Shown here: positions 44,269 to 55,211 of the stretch, in pieces
Numbering within the stretch: the first letter of the stretch is position 1
Layout: each line of letters starts with the position of its first letter
Position numbers and translations under genes: made by a program
The notes under the pieces: generated by a model
What the model was told of the DNA's origin: nothing
The model's input: only the letters and a program-made list of their open reading frames with translations
The model's database searches: none
Assembly: GCA_964016885.1 (NCBI GenBank)
Contig: OZ024751.1
Location: 42,284,001 to 42,348,000, forward strand
Direction of reading: 5' to 3'
Length of the DNA: 64,000 bases
Source of the DNA: Eledone cirrhosa
Lineage: Eukaryota

Positions 44269-44387
44269 ATATAGATGAGATTCTACAGGACTAGAACTGT
44301 TTCATTCATTAGAAATCATCAGGAATCAGATTCCTGATGATTTCTAATGAATGAAACAGTTCTAGTCCTGTAGAATCTCATCTATAT
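44269..44387. repeat. Perfect palindrome, 59-bp arms around one base (44328)
   Basis: Read directly from the sequence; each arm is a family A hammerhead; runs into (TA)n. Confidence 0.95.
44328..44378 (+). ncRNA. Minimal type I hammerhead ribozyme motif (family A); mirror copy on the minus strand at 44279-44327
   Basis: AGATTC-CTGATGA-T-TTC-TAAT-GAA-T-GAAA-CAG-TTCTAGTC-CTG-TA|GAATCT: 6-bp stem I, intact core, short stem II, 3-bp stem III, GUA triplet. Confidence 0.7.
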
Positions 44388-44670
44388 ATATATATATATA
44401 TATATATACATACATATATACACATACACACATATAAATATATATATATATATACACATAAATACATATATATATATATACCTACATATACACATACATA
44501 GAGTTATATCTGTATACAGTGTTTAAACGAGACAGCACCAATGTGTATATAAATATACACATATTTAATATGTAGGCATATAAACATTGATATAGTCACG
44601 GTTACAGACACAGTATGTAAACAAACAGCTATCACACACTATCATATCATTCTAATAATATATATTATTG

Positions 44671-44709
<39 letters not shown>

Positions 44710-46516
44710 TGTGTGGTGATTGTAGGGCGGTGTGTTGTAATATAAACAGATCAGAGCAAAAATATATTCCCATATAATTGGAAGGCAAGCAATAATTACC
44801 ACTTATTATCCTGAGTAACAAACACGACAAATTGGCAGAGTCGTTAGGGCAGTGAATTAAAACATGCCTTGATATTTGTTTGGATTCTCTGAGTTCAAAT
44901 CCCACAAAGGTCAGCTTTGTCTTTCATTTTTTTGAGGTTGGTAAAGCACCATTCCAGTACTGGGCTTGGTTCTTTCTCTATATCTCTTTCTTTCTTTCTC
45001 TGGAAGAAATCAGCTGTGTTGACCCAGTGATGAGATAGGATGGGCTCTGCCAAGATTCTCCTACGATTCCACCAAGAATTTAGGGCTCCATCATCATCAC
45101 CCTAGACAACACTTTCAATGTAAAGTTATGTTGGTGCCACAACATCCAGGCCGAAACAAATATGATCGTGTAGGTGTCACAACAAAAAAACACACAGTCC
45201 ACGCTGTAAATGTGGCCGTGTAGGCAACACGGTAAAAACCTCCCAGCCCCACACTGTAAATGTGGTTGGTGTTAGGAAGGGCATCCAGCTGTAGAAAACC
45301 CGCCAGACAGTCCTATGCGAGCAAGACAACCACTCTTGCCTCAAGTGGGAAAACCCCCGTCCAAACCCATGCAAGCGTGGAACACGGACGCTAAACCTGA
45401 TGATGATGATGATGATGATGATATCGTATAGAATCTTATATTTGAGAATTGTTTTTGTCTAATTTGGAGAGGTTAAGCTGCACAATCATATCAATTGTTT
45501 TAATTCTACGATATACCTACATCATCATCATCATCATCCTTTAACATCTGTTTTCCCATCCAGGAAGAGTTGGACAACTTATGACAGTCTTAGTCAGTAT
45601 TCAAGCAAAGCTACAGACTTCTCTAAAGGACCGGACTGCCTCCATCTCACTTATGTCCACTCTGCCAGCTACTCAGTAGAGATCAATAAAATAAAGTACC
45701 AGTAACGAACTGGGGTCGATTTAATTGTCTTTCCCCTCCACCCAAATTGCTGGCCTTGTGCCTAAATCTGAAACCAATATTTTCTATTATCTTCCTTTCA
45801 TAAACAGTATATGATGAATTCTTCATTCAATGCAGGTTTACCGTGTTTAGTAGACAAACCTTTTGATACCAAGCTACAGGAGACCTCTTTGGTTCTATGA
45901 TACAAACTAAACTGTGTTAATATATAGAATGATGTGTTCCTGTGTGGAGAAGCTATAAAATAGCTTATAAAATAGAGTGAAGACACTTTAATATATAGAA
46001 TGATGTGTTCATGTACAAAGATGCTATAAAAAGCTTATAAAATAGAATGAAGACACCTAAGGACGGAAAAAGAAGCTGCCATCGGCTGCTATCAGGAATT
46101 GAACCCATATCTCACAGATTCATATTTAAATTCAAGTTTGATCTTTTCTTTACGTAGCCACATTTTTGTAATGTCCAAAACAATTGTTTTATAACGAAAA
46201 AAAATAGTTTATTTTGGTAGACTTCCTCCTAAATTCTTGATTATTTGGAAAATTAATAGAATGCATAAGCAAAGTATTTCATGTGAAATAAAGATATGGA
46301 AACGTTAAGGTTAGTGTTTTCGCATAAGTAGGTATGTATGTTAGTATATACGTCGGTATATAGGTATGCTGGTATATATGTACGTATGTATGTAGATACA
46401 TATATAAATATAAGTACGCATTCATATATGAACGTTGGTATATATGTATGTGTGTAAGTTGGTATATACATGCATATGTATGCATGCATAGAGATGTTGT
46501 TGTGATCGTTGTTGTT

Positions 46517-46596
46517 GTGTCTGATGAGCAAATCAAAGTAGAGTAGAGCTACATGCTTAGGTTTAGAGCAGTACAGTTGTGAAACACACGTTATGC
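46517..46596 (+). ncRNA. Hammerhead ribozyme-like motif (family C), somewhat degenerate
   Basis: GTGT-CTGATGA-GCAA...TTGT-GAAAC-ACAC-GTT|ATGC: all core elements in order; stems depend on G.U pairs. Confidence 0.5.
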
Positions 46597-46822
46597 CAGA
46601 ATACAAATAAAAATCTGATAAATTGAAACTTCGATCTCCCATTTTTTATATAAAATACTCTGCCACTTATGTTAATACGATGCTAGCATGGAAAAATGAA
46701 CGGTGATGATGATAATGGTGATATATATTGAATATTCAATTCACATAAATGTACAGAGTGCTAAAATTGGTATCACCTCTTATATATACACACACACACA
46801 TATATATATATATGTGTGTGTG

Positions 46823-47290
46823 TTGGCTGAGAGCTTCTGACAGGAACTAATAGATTGATTCTTTTTAGCTTCCTGTCCCCACGTAAAATTTGTAAATCAG
46901 GGGCTAGTTGAGAGATAGAGTCCTATCGGTTGCCAGTTAATCGCTTTACTGTGTCGGTTGTCACAAATAGTCATGACCAGCATGGGCCGGTGTTTGGATA
47001 AAGTCAATCGATTGGTTATTGATTAGGCGATACCCGCTGATGAAGCAGCATAAGCCGATTGTGCATTGTTGCATAATATATGCAGACAGATGGTGCAGTG
47101 CACCTTACTGTTGCATTAGTGCTGCAGAAACTCGAGTCTGGGGACCTTTAGGCACCCGTTTTACGCGTGTTGTGTTGAGGCAAATAACTGTGTATACTCT
47201 GGTAATGTATCTTACATTGCCCATTGAGTGCGCTGAGATACAGCCGGTACTGGCATTAATAAATATGCTGGGTCCGTCAACCCTTATTAT
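46823..47290 (+). mobile_element. About 470-bp non-coding insert in a (TA)n/(TG)n tract carrying the family B hammerhead; putative Penelope-like terminal repeat
   Basis: GC-richer block bounded by microsatellites on both sides; contains the hammerhead at 47033-47142. Confidence 0.5.
47033..47142 (+). ncRNA. Type I hammerhead ribozyme motif with palindromic tetraloop III (family B)
   Basis: CCCG-CTGATGA-A-GCAGCA...TGCTGC-A-GAAAC-TCGA-GTC|TGGG: stem I CCCG/TGGG, 6-bp stem II with a long structured insert, GUC triplet. Confidence 0.75.
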
Positions 47291-47934
47291 ATATATATAT
47301 ATATATATATAAGCAGAGGTGGTTTCCTGACCCGACTTGTCTCCTAATGTGACAACCTGTCTAACCCATGCAAGCGTGGAAATGGATGTTAAACGATGAT
47401 GATGATGATATATGTATCAGCACGTTTGCTTAGAAAACCGCAGCGATTGAACATTTGGAAATATAATCAGCAGCTTTTTGCTAAAGAAAATACTCTAACA
47501 GGGCATAGAAGCCCAAATAACGGGGAAAATGGACATCAGCACGTGTAGTTCGATTCCTACACGTTCTGATGCTCGTTTGTTTCCGTTATGGGGGCTTATA
47601 TATGACATTAGGTAGGCCATCCAGCTATAGAAATGATATCAAAAATGCAACATGAGCAAAATTGTGGTGTGCCAGCCCGTCTATCTTTGACTGTGACAAC
47701 CCTTCCAACCCATGCAAGCATGGTAAATGGACGCACGATGATGATGGTGATATATCTACATGCATGGGTCAGAATTGCTGCTATATAAAACTAAACGGAG
47801 TATAATGACTTTTGTGGACTACTGACTATATCTTACTGATAACTAACACAGAAAGTAAAATATTCTATCGAAAACTAGTAGAAACAATTATCTAGCTATG
47901 ATTACTGTGAATTAGTAAGACAAAAGTTACTTAC

Positions 47935-48195
47935 CCTGTCTCCACTGAATATTAACCAATCTTTAATAGGTTCAACTAAGACGCCACGATGTTCCTTCCC
48001 GAAAGTTCGTGATAAATTCATTTGTTTAGCTGCGTCTGTCCACGGCCGATCTTCGCTGTAAACCCACGGCCTTTTATCATATTTAATGCGTTTCCATCCA
48101 TAAACGTTCTTGAAAACAGAACGCCCTTTTGTGGTAGAAATTTCGTTATCCACGTACCGCTTAAAATAACCCAGTAATGATCTCGTCAATCGCAT
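47935..48195 (-). CDS. MRPL24: Mitochondrial large-subunit ribosomal protein uL24m, first coding exon (87 aa)
   Basis: MRL... presequence-like start, RPWT motif, and VEPIKDWLIFSGDR immediately before the expected KOW motif. Ends at AGG|GTAAGT donor; acceptor upstream at 48213-48214. Confidence 0.8.
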
Positions 48196-49764
48196 ATTAA
48201 AGGTCCCCTAACCTGAAAATGTGAATAATTGATAGTTCGATGAAAGAGTAAAGAAAAGATAAGACATATGTTGCATAAGGGAGACAACTCTTCACACCAA
48301 ATAAAACGAAGAAAATATATTTCAAACAAAATATGAACAAGCTAGACACTGGAACACAAGACATAACCTCTCTAGTGTTGGTGATACACATAATAAACAC
48401 ACCTAGTATGTATAAACACTCCGTATAGTGGTTGGTGTTAAGAAGGACATCCAGCCATAGAAAACGTGCCAAACAAAGGGTTGCAAGGACTCTTCAGTTG
48501 TATCAAACACCTGACAACCTCTGTAGTGCTGGTAATTTACATGATAAACACACTTAGTACACTCTGTAAAGTGGTTGGTGATAGGATGAGCATCCAACCG
48601 TAGAAAACGTGTACCAAACAAACGTCCGGGGAAACTCTTCAGTTGTATCAAAGACCTGACAACCTTTCTGGAGCTGGTGTCATAATAAAGTGCAGTCGGG
48701 AGAGTACGGCAGCACACGTAGATGAGATGCAGACCCTCAGCACATCTGAAAGGTCAGTAGCTCCGCTTGAGTACTAACTCAGTCTGTGAAAACCCGTCCA
48801 ACCTTTGACTAGCAGGAAAGATGGCCGTTAAATGATTAATGATGCCTATGCTTGTTGTTTAACCACAGGTCAGCCCTAACTGAGCAGTGCCACGATGGAA
48901 GGCAGTTCAATATTTTGAATGGAGTGGGGGGGGGACATAATACCCACTATATCGTCTGTCATTATCATCATTTTATATCCTCTTTTCCATGTTTGCATGG
49001 GTTGGACGGATCCTATACAATACATCCTGTCTAATCTCGTTGCCTTTCTTTGTCATTCGCTCTGTGAGATTCAGTCATGTCTTTATTCACAACAGTAGGG
49101 TGTGATTTGAGGGAGATTTTGCTGCTATTTCTAACCTACAAGCAATCATGTAGATGTCACCCTTACCCTCATGTTGGCATGGTAAAATTGTAGTAAATAA
49201 AGGTAGTAGTGATCATTCTAACTTAAGTTTAATGATTATCATAATTATATTCATGTCAGCAATTGCACAGCAAAATATATAAATGGAATTATATTGTACC
49301 ACAGAAAATACATAAATCTAACCTCTAAAGCGTTACGGGTGTGATTGTATACATTTACCACCACCCCACAATAAAAGGACATAAAAATAATTGTTTCTAC
49401 TTTTGGCACAAGGCCAGCAATTATGCTAGTGTATTACTGGTACTTTATTTTATCGACCCCGCAAGGATGAAAGGCAAAGTTAACCTCAGCGAGATATGTT
49501 GCTCACGTATAGCTAGGATAATGCTCGCCCAAGCTCATATGTAATTTTCAAATCAGTATTAAATATAAAGAAATATTTAGAAGTTATTTCAATAATTTAT
49601 TTGTTTAAGAAAAGGAGCGGTTTAAATACCCTTTTTTATATCAAAGGAAATTTTTTTAAAATGACATTGTTAATTATTAAACGAAAAACGAACTAGTTCA
49701 GTTTACTGCAAAATTGCATTAGCGCTGCATTTTACAATACTTTTTTTTTGTGTGCATAAACTGG

Positions 49765-50025
49765 GTTTAAAAGGAATCCGAAGTGGTGTGCAGGAGAGAT
49801 GGCTGCATTGGTACGGGTATGTGATGTGTATGTATGATGATTACAGGGTGAAGACGTGCTAGGAAATCCCAGTGGAAGGAAACTGCAATAGAGGAAGACC
49901 AAGACAGAGGTGGTGAGACTCACTGATGAGATGAAGCAACACGACCAGTGGAGAAATGCTGTGCTGAAAAGGACCCGTCCAACCCATGCAAGCGTGGAAA
50001 AACGGACGTAAAAACGATGATGATA
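49765..50025 (+). mobile_element. RTE-type LINE 3' end with (GAT)n tail
   Basis: GIRSGVQERWLHWYGYVMCM-like translation followed by the same CCCGTCCAACCCATGCAAGCGTGGAAAAACGGACGT tail seen on SINEs. Confidence 0.7.
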
Positions 50026-50514
50026 ATATATATATATATGAGTGTCTGTATTACTATTTCTCCAGATAAACACACAGAAACTTGTAGAACACAGTGGTTA
50101 TATGTAGTCTTAAAGAAATCTTATCCTTATGTTATGCAACTGTTATCAAGAGACCATGATTAGCCTGGGCAGAATCGGTAGGGTGTCAACGGCCATTGCG
50201 GTATTTGTTTTGGTTCTTAATATTTCGTGTTCAAATCCCACCGAAGTTAACTTTGCTTTTAATCATTCCAAGTCTATAAAATACAGTACCAGTAATGCAC
50301 TGGGTTGTTTAATCAGCTTTGCCCCACCCCAATTTCTTGGCCTTGTGCCTAAATTAGAAATAAATATTTAATAAAACACTTCTTTCTTTTCTTATAATCT
50401 CCAGGTTCTATCAAATAAATGAAAATATATAAAATAACAAAACAAAGCGTGGTGGTAAAAAATGTAAAATGTCCCAAGACATATATTTGTAATGGTGTTG
50501 AGTTCTAACAGAAG

Positions 50515-50709
50515 CAGACCTGTCAACTCTCCCCGTCGGACGGGGAGCTCCCCCATCCACTTTGATCTGGGTGAGAGATGTCTTCTCTTGTGAAAATGGT
50601 TATAGCTTTCATTATGTAAGATCTCCCCATTTTGCCTCATTTCTCCCTATTTAGAGGCACTTTTTTTAATGGTACTCCCCGTTTGTGTTTTTAGAGGTTG
50701 ACAGGTCTG
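50515..50709. mobile_element. MITE with 13-bp perfect TIRs (hAT-like)
   Basis: CAGACCTGTCAAC / GTTGACAGGTCTG; no clear target-site duplication. Confidence 0.55.
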
Positions 50710-50848
50710 TAGAGGGTAAAATTGGTTTAACATTTATTTCAACTGATCCCAAAGTAATGTTAAAAACATTATTTTTGTTCACAGTACAAGAAGACTTTCG
50801 CGAGAACTTTTGTATCATTATTTCACAGTTTTGTAACATTATTTAGAG

Positions 50849-50992
50849 CAGTCATGGCAAACTGAGGCCAGTTTGGCTTTCTAAATGGCACACCTAATTT
50901 TAAAATTAACTTGAATTTTTTCAGTAGTGCAATAATTTATGATGAGTCACATCATATGAGACCCACTGCTCGAAAAAGGTTGCCCAAGCCTG
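50849..50992. mobile_element. hAT/Charlie-like MITE
   Basis: Ends CAGTCATGGCAAAC / GTTGCCCAAGCCTG with near-perfect 8-bp TSD ATTTAGAG/ATTTAAAG. Confidence 0.6.
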
Positions 50993-51634
50993 ATTTAAAG
51001 CTTCGGCCGTTGCCGATCTTATAATTTCTAAGAGGTCTCCTTGTAAGTTCTTTGATAACATTCAGTAATTGTTTATTATCAGTCAAATTTCATGTGTTGC
51101 GAATTTCGACAACCTTCTAAATTGCGACTAAATCAAAACATTTCATAGAGCTGTCTTTTTATGACAATAAAGGAGGGAAAGAAACCCACAGCCGTCACAG
51201 ATAATCGAGTTTGATTTGGTAGTATATGTCATGCTTTCGTTAAGTGTTTTAAGGTGTTAAGGTGCCCGTAAGCGGCGAGCGGACACTGACATGCCGTGTC
51301 CTTCTATGTAAAGTCAAACGATACCTTTAAGAGAAAAAGTAAAAATTACTTAGTTCTATGGCTTAACAGAATTATTAACGAAGTTGAAATAACCCGAAAT
51401 ATTCATTTTAGAATTAAAATAACAGAGTTAAGGAATAAAAATTATAAAAATTAATATTATTATATTAAATATAAAGTTAAACATCCCGATTGATGTCGAG
51501 AACAAAACGTTTGACCGATGAAGTTCAGAACTAAAACATGAGTATATTGAATAACATCATTTAGTTTAATGACATACGATTACAGTTTAGTAATTGTTAG
51601 ATAACGTGTTTAAATTAAAAACTATGCAACTTAC

Positions 51635-51915
51635 CTTTGTAAGCTTATATATGAAATAATATTATTATAGCCACATCAGCATGGTGAAAGGAATATTCTC
51701 ACATATATTATCCAAGAGAGATAACCAACAAACGCCAACACAAACTATAATTGGTTGATATAAATTGTAAAATGGCGAAACAAATGAAACGAAATATTGA
51801 CGCATTATATTATACAAGTGAACCAGTGCTGTCAATAAAGACATCAATATCTTTGAATATATTTAATTTTTAGAGTCCAGGATTAGCGAACCAATGGCGT
51901 CAATAAAGACAGCAA
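51635..51915 (-). promoter_or_regulatory. Putative MRPL24 promoter and non-coding first exon
   Basis: AAG|GTAAGT donor at about 51635, YY1-like AAAATGGCG at about 51769, CCAAT at about 51891, local CpG enrichment. Confidence 0.35.
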
Positions 51916-52459
51916 TAACTTTAAATGTTTTTTTTTTTGGGGGGGGGGGGGGGGTCTAGGAACGGTGTGCCATATATATACCTGGACTAGTTGATATAGG
52001 AAGACAAACTGGGAAATTTCCGTTTTGATAAATCTATGGTTTACATCGGAGAAACACAAAAATGGTAGCGATTAAAGATAAAAATGATAATTTAATAATT
52101 TATTTCTAGGGTATAATTACGTAAATGTTTTGCATATATGTACAAATGACTTACAGGATTAAATTTATACGTAATTTTGGAGAAATAATTATTTACAGGA
52201 ACAAATGTAGGATTAGAACCCAGACTTTGAGATTGGAAAGTGAACTTATAGCAACATGACTGAGAAACTGTTGACGAATTACAGACGGGTGTCATCATGA
52301 TCACTACCGTTTAACGTTTATTTTTCCACAATTGCATGGGTTTGACGGGTTGTCCAGGTTATGAGACAAGCCTGGTGAGTTGGCCGTCTTCTACAGAACT
52401 GTATTTTGGCTGTTTTTACAGTTAAATGCCCTTCCTAACCCCAACCACGTATGAGTGTG

Positions 52460-52498
<39 letters not shown>

Positions 52499-52519
52499 AC
52501 ACATACACGTATGAGTGTG

Positions 52520-52813
52520 TCATTTCATTTTACGTCCGCTTTTTCCCTGCTTGCAAGGGTGGGACGGGAACTGATACTGGCTTGATTTCTACAGCTGGAT
52601 GCCCTTCCTAACACCAACCTCATTTACAGTGAGTACTGGGTGCTTTTTTGCCGTGGCACCTCCACAACCACTCATTTCTACAGCTGAGTAAACTGGAGCA
52701 ATGTGAAATAAAGTGTCTTGCTCAAGGAAACAACACATCACCCGGTCTGAGAATTGAACTCACAACCTTTCGATTGCAAGACCAATGCTCTAACCACTAA
52801 GCCATGTGCCTCC
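52520..52813 (-). mobile_element. Family 2 SINE, near-identical to 22051-22390
   Basis: Reverse complement aligns almost perfectly apart from one indel of about 38 bp. Confidence 0.85.
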
Positions 52814-53539
52814 ACGTGTGTATATATATATATACATACACGCATACTATGGTTTATTTTTATTATTCATTACTTTGATTTTTGTTTTTTACCTTTGTAA
52901 TATCTATTTCCCACAAATAAAGAAATTCTTATTGACAGAATTGTTAGAATGCCAGAGAAAAGGGTGGAGAGTTTACTGCTCCCCTTCCTTACTTTTGCTA
53001 TTGGAATTTTTTTCCATCTCTCTTTTTGTTTTGTATTTTATATGCAACTTACCTGAAAATGAGTACCAGCAATATCTGGAGGTTTATCTCTGCAATGGAC
53101 TAGTGTCCAATTCAGGAAGGGGGGGGGGGGGGGGGTGTCTTGTACTCTCAGTTGCTTCACACCACAGAAACCAGGATAAGCACCAGCCTAATGAGCCTCA
53201 GACATTTCTGTTAACCCTTTTGTTACAATATTTCTAATGGAATAGATTGCCAATGGTGTTTCAACTATTTTTGAAAATAGTGAAACATTTGGAGGAATTT
53301 AGTAATGATGGCGTCGTAGGGCCATACAGAGTTTCTTGGGAATTTTAAAACCTGGTAGAGCCCATCTCTCCAGATCTGAACACAGACGATGTCTTTCAGA
53401 GAAGTGAAAAAGTGATATAGAGGAATATTCAATCCCAGTACTAGACTTGTATTTTTTTTTATCAAACTCGATATAAAAGGAATTTGCAAAAATATTTTTT
53501 GAAAAGCCTTTTTTGCTCACTTATTCCTCGGAGGGTCGT

Positions 53540-53820
53540 GGGGATAGGGTCCTCAGATATGTCTTCAAGCAGATCCCATCAGAAACAACTGCCTTCAATT
53601 GATCCACCTGGATCCCCAACTGACCTAGTCAATATGATACAACCATCTTGCTTGTGGTTTACCTACGGGTTTCCTGCCAGTTGCCCTGACCTGTAAAATC
53701 CCTCCAGTGATTCTCCCTTAAACATGCTAACCACATGTCTGTAATACTGAAGTTATGATCCCCCAATGTGGAGAAGTAATGGCTTTACCTGGAGCAATTC
53801 CCTGATCACTGAGCTATGCA
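53540..53820 (-). mobile_element. Decayed LINE (RTE/RTEX-like) C-terminal fragment
   Basis: SSVIRELLQVKPLLLHI..S*LQYYRHVVSM resembles the conserved IRE.L.VEPLLL.IERSQLRW.GH LINE motif. Confidence 0.55.
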
Positions 53821-54835
53821 GTATTTTTTTCTTTTGGAACAACAAATACATTCAATTTGAAGAAAACAGTGCCCCTATTCCTTTGGTGCCAAAAGCAAGT
53901 CATTTTTTTTAATGGTTAATCTATCCCTGGCTATTGCTCAAACATTTTTACAAGAAACACATCTAGATTCTTCTATTTATGAGAATAGCTGGCAATTAAA
54001 AAACATAAATTTGATAGTAGTTTATTACACTCTGTAGAGTAAAACTGGAGCAACATGAAATAAAGTGTCTTGCTCAAGGACAACACATTACCCGGTCTGA
54101 TAATCAAACTTATAACCTCCCAATTATAAGCCCAACACTCTAACCACTAAGCCATACCCTTACCCAGTGGTTGGTGATAAAAAGGGAATCCAGCCTAAAA
54201 TAAACATGAAATAAATGGTCAATTCTTTCTTTATTCCCATAGTTCCTGCGGGAGTCATAAGGGCGCTGTATTGACATACAGCGTTTCTAGGGTATTTTGT
54301 CTTTTTAAACCTGGCAGAACTCAGTTCCTCTCCAGGTCTGAATACAATAGGTTTCTTCCAGAGAAGGGTAGAGTGAGTGAGAGAATGGAAGTGAGAAAGA
54401 GATATAGAGGAAGAATTGACCCCAGTACTAGACTGGTACTTTTTTTTTTATTGACCTTAAATGGATGAAAGGCAAAGTTGACCTTGCTGGGATTTGAACT
54501 CAGAAAGCAGAGAGCTGGAACAAATACCACAAAGCATTCTATCCAACGTTCTAACAACTCTGCCAATTCACAGCCTATAACTGGTCAATTAAAAGACCTA
54601 AAATAACAAACAGGTGAACTGTTTAAGCCAAGATTTATTTTGCTCTCTTGATTGCTAAAAAAATAAACAATAACAACAAAAACAAACAATAAATATATAA
54701 ACAGTGTAACCATTGGAAATCAGGAATGAGATCTATAAATTTAATTTAGAATACAAAAATAAAATGTGTAGATCTGCAGTTGTTTTAATTGTTAAGGCTA
54801 AATGTATGCAGTCAACTACGTATGCAGTCAATCAC

Positions 54836-55085
54836 ATACGCAGCTAACCACATATGCAGCTAACCACATATGCAGCTAACCACATATGCAGCTAACCACA
54901 TATGCAGCTAACCACATATGCAGCTAACCACATATGGAGCTAACCACATATGCAGCTAACCACATATGCAGCTAACCACATATGCAGCTAACCACATATG
55001 CAGCTAACCACATATGCAGCTAACCACATATGCAGCTAACCACATATGCAGCTAACCACATATGCAGCTAACCATGTATGCAGTC
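54836..55085. repeat. 16-bp tandem repeat (CAGCTAACCACATATG), about 15 copies, in the probable TRIP4 3' UTR
   Basis: Period 16; lies between the TRIP4 stop codon and the first AATAAA seen on the minus strand. Confidence 0.9.
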
Positions 55086-55140
55086 AATGTTTAGCAGGGA
55101 TTGCACACATAATATAACAATGATTGTTGATGTTAATGAT

Positions 55141-55211
55141 TCATCCTTCATCATAAGCAGTTTTGCGAAGTCCTTTTTTGGCACCCTGGTGTATGTGTGG
55201 GTCGAGTTTAA
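55141..55211 (-). CDS. TRIP4: TRIP4 last coding exon (KLDPHIHQGAKKGLRKTAYDEG*)
   Basis: ttttgcag acceptor; matches the TRIP4 C-terminal KLD..IHQGAKKGL; TGA stop; AATAAA on the minus strand near 54634-54639. Confidence 0.92.

Noticed and set aside
49920-49965. CTGATGAG...GAAAT
   Set aside because: No stems; lies inside a LINE 3' coding remnant.
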